Part shown: in pieces, positions 63,912-64,000 of the stretch | Layout: every line of letters starts with the position of its first letter | Position numbering within the stretch: position 1 is the stretch's first letter | Source: Eledone cirrhosa | Lineage: Eukaryota | Direction: 5' to 3' | Assembly (NCBI GenBank): GCA_964016885.1 | Contig: OZ024746.1 | Location: 93,186,001 to 93,250,000, forward strand | DNA: 64,000 nucleotides | Made by a program: the position numbers and the translations under genes | Notes under the pieces: generated by a model | Databases searched by the model: none | Told to the model about the DNA's origin: nothing | What the model saw: the letters and a program-made list of their open reading frames with translations, nothing else

Positions 63912-64000
63912 GTAAGTAAATATTTACCTTCTGTAAGGGATTTACAACTAACATAATTATTTTGGCAAGGGAGAATATTTTAAAGTGAACCTGACCCAAA

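Overview
AT-rich, repeat-dense animal genomic DNA. The SINE and MITE repertoire suggests an octopod cephalopod (inferred from recalled families, not searched). The + strand carries the 3' two-thirds of a TMEM63/CSC1-like (OSCA/TMEM63 family) mechanosensitive channel gene: 12 well-supported coding exons from 754 to a stop at 39590-39592, plus candidate phase-0 alternative exons in the 16.5-kb intron before the cytoplasmic tail. It also carries the first three coding exons of a second, coiled-coil-like gene (ATG 54693, running off the window end). The rest is transposon-derived: tRNA-derived SINEs, piggyBac/hAT/Tc1-pogo MITEs, CR1-, RTE- and CRE-type LINE fragments, a Helitron 3' end, and minisatellites. 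Most ORFs in the supplied track are repeat artefacts. The two most notable signals are (1) several unrelated type I hammerhead-ribozyme motifs in tail-out inverted-repeat elements nested in (TA)n, resembling Penelope-like element ends, and (2) a possible alternative-exon switch on the TMEM63 C-terminal tail that carries endolysosomal sorting motifs. All calls were made by eye; repeat boundaries are approximate.
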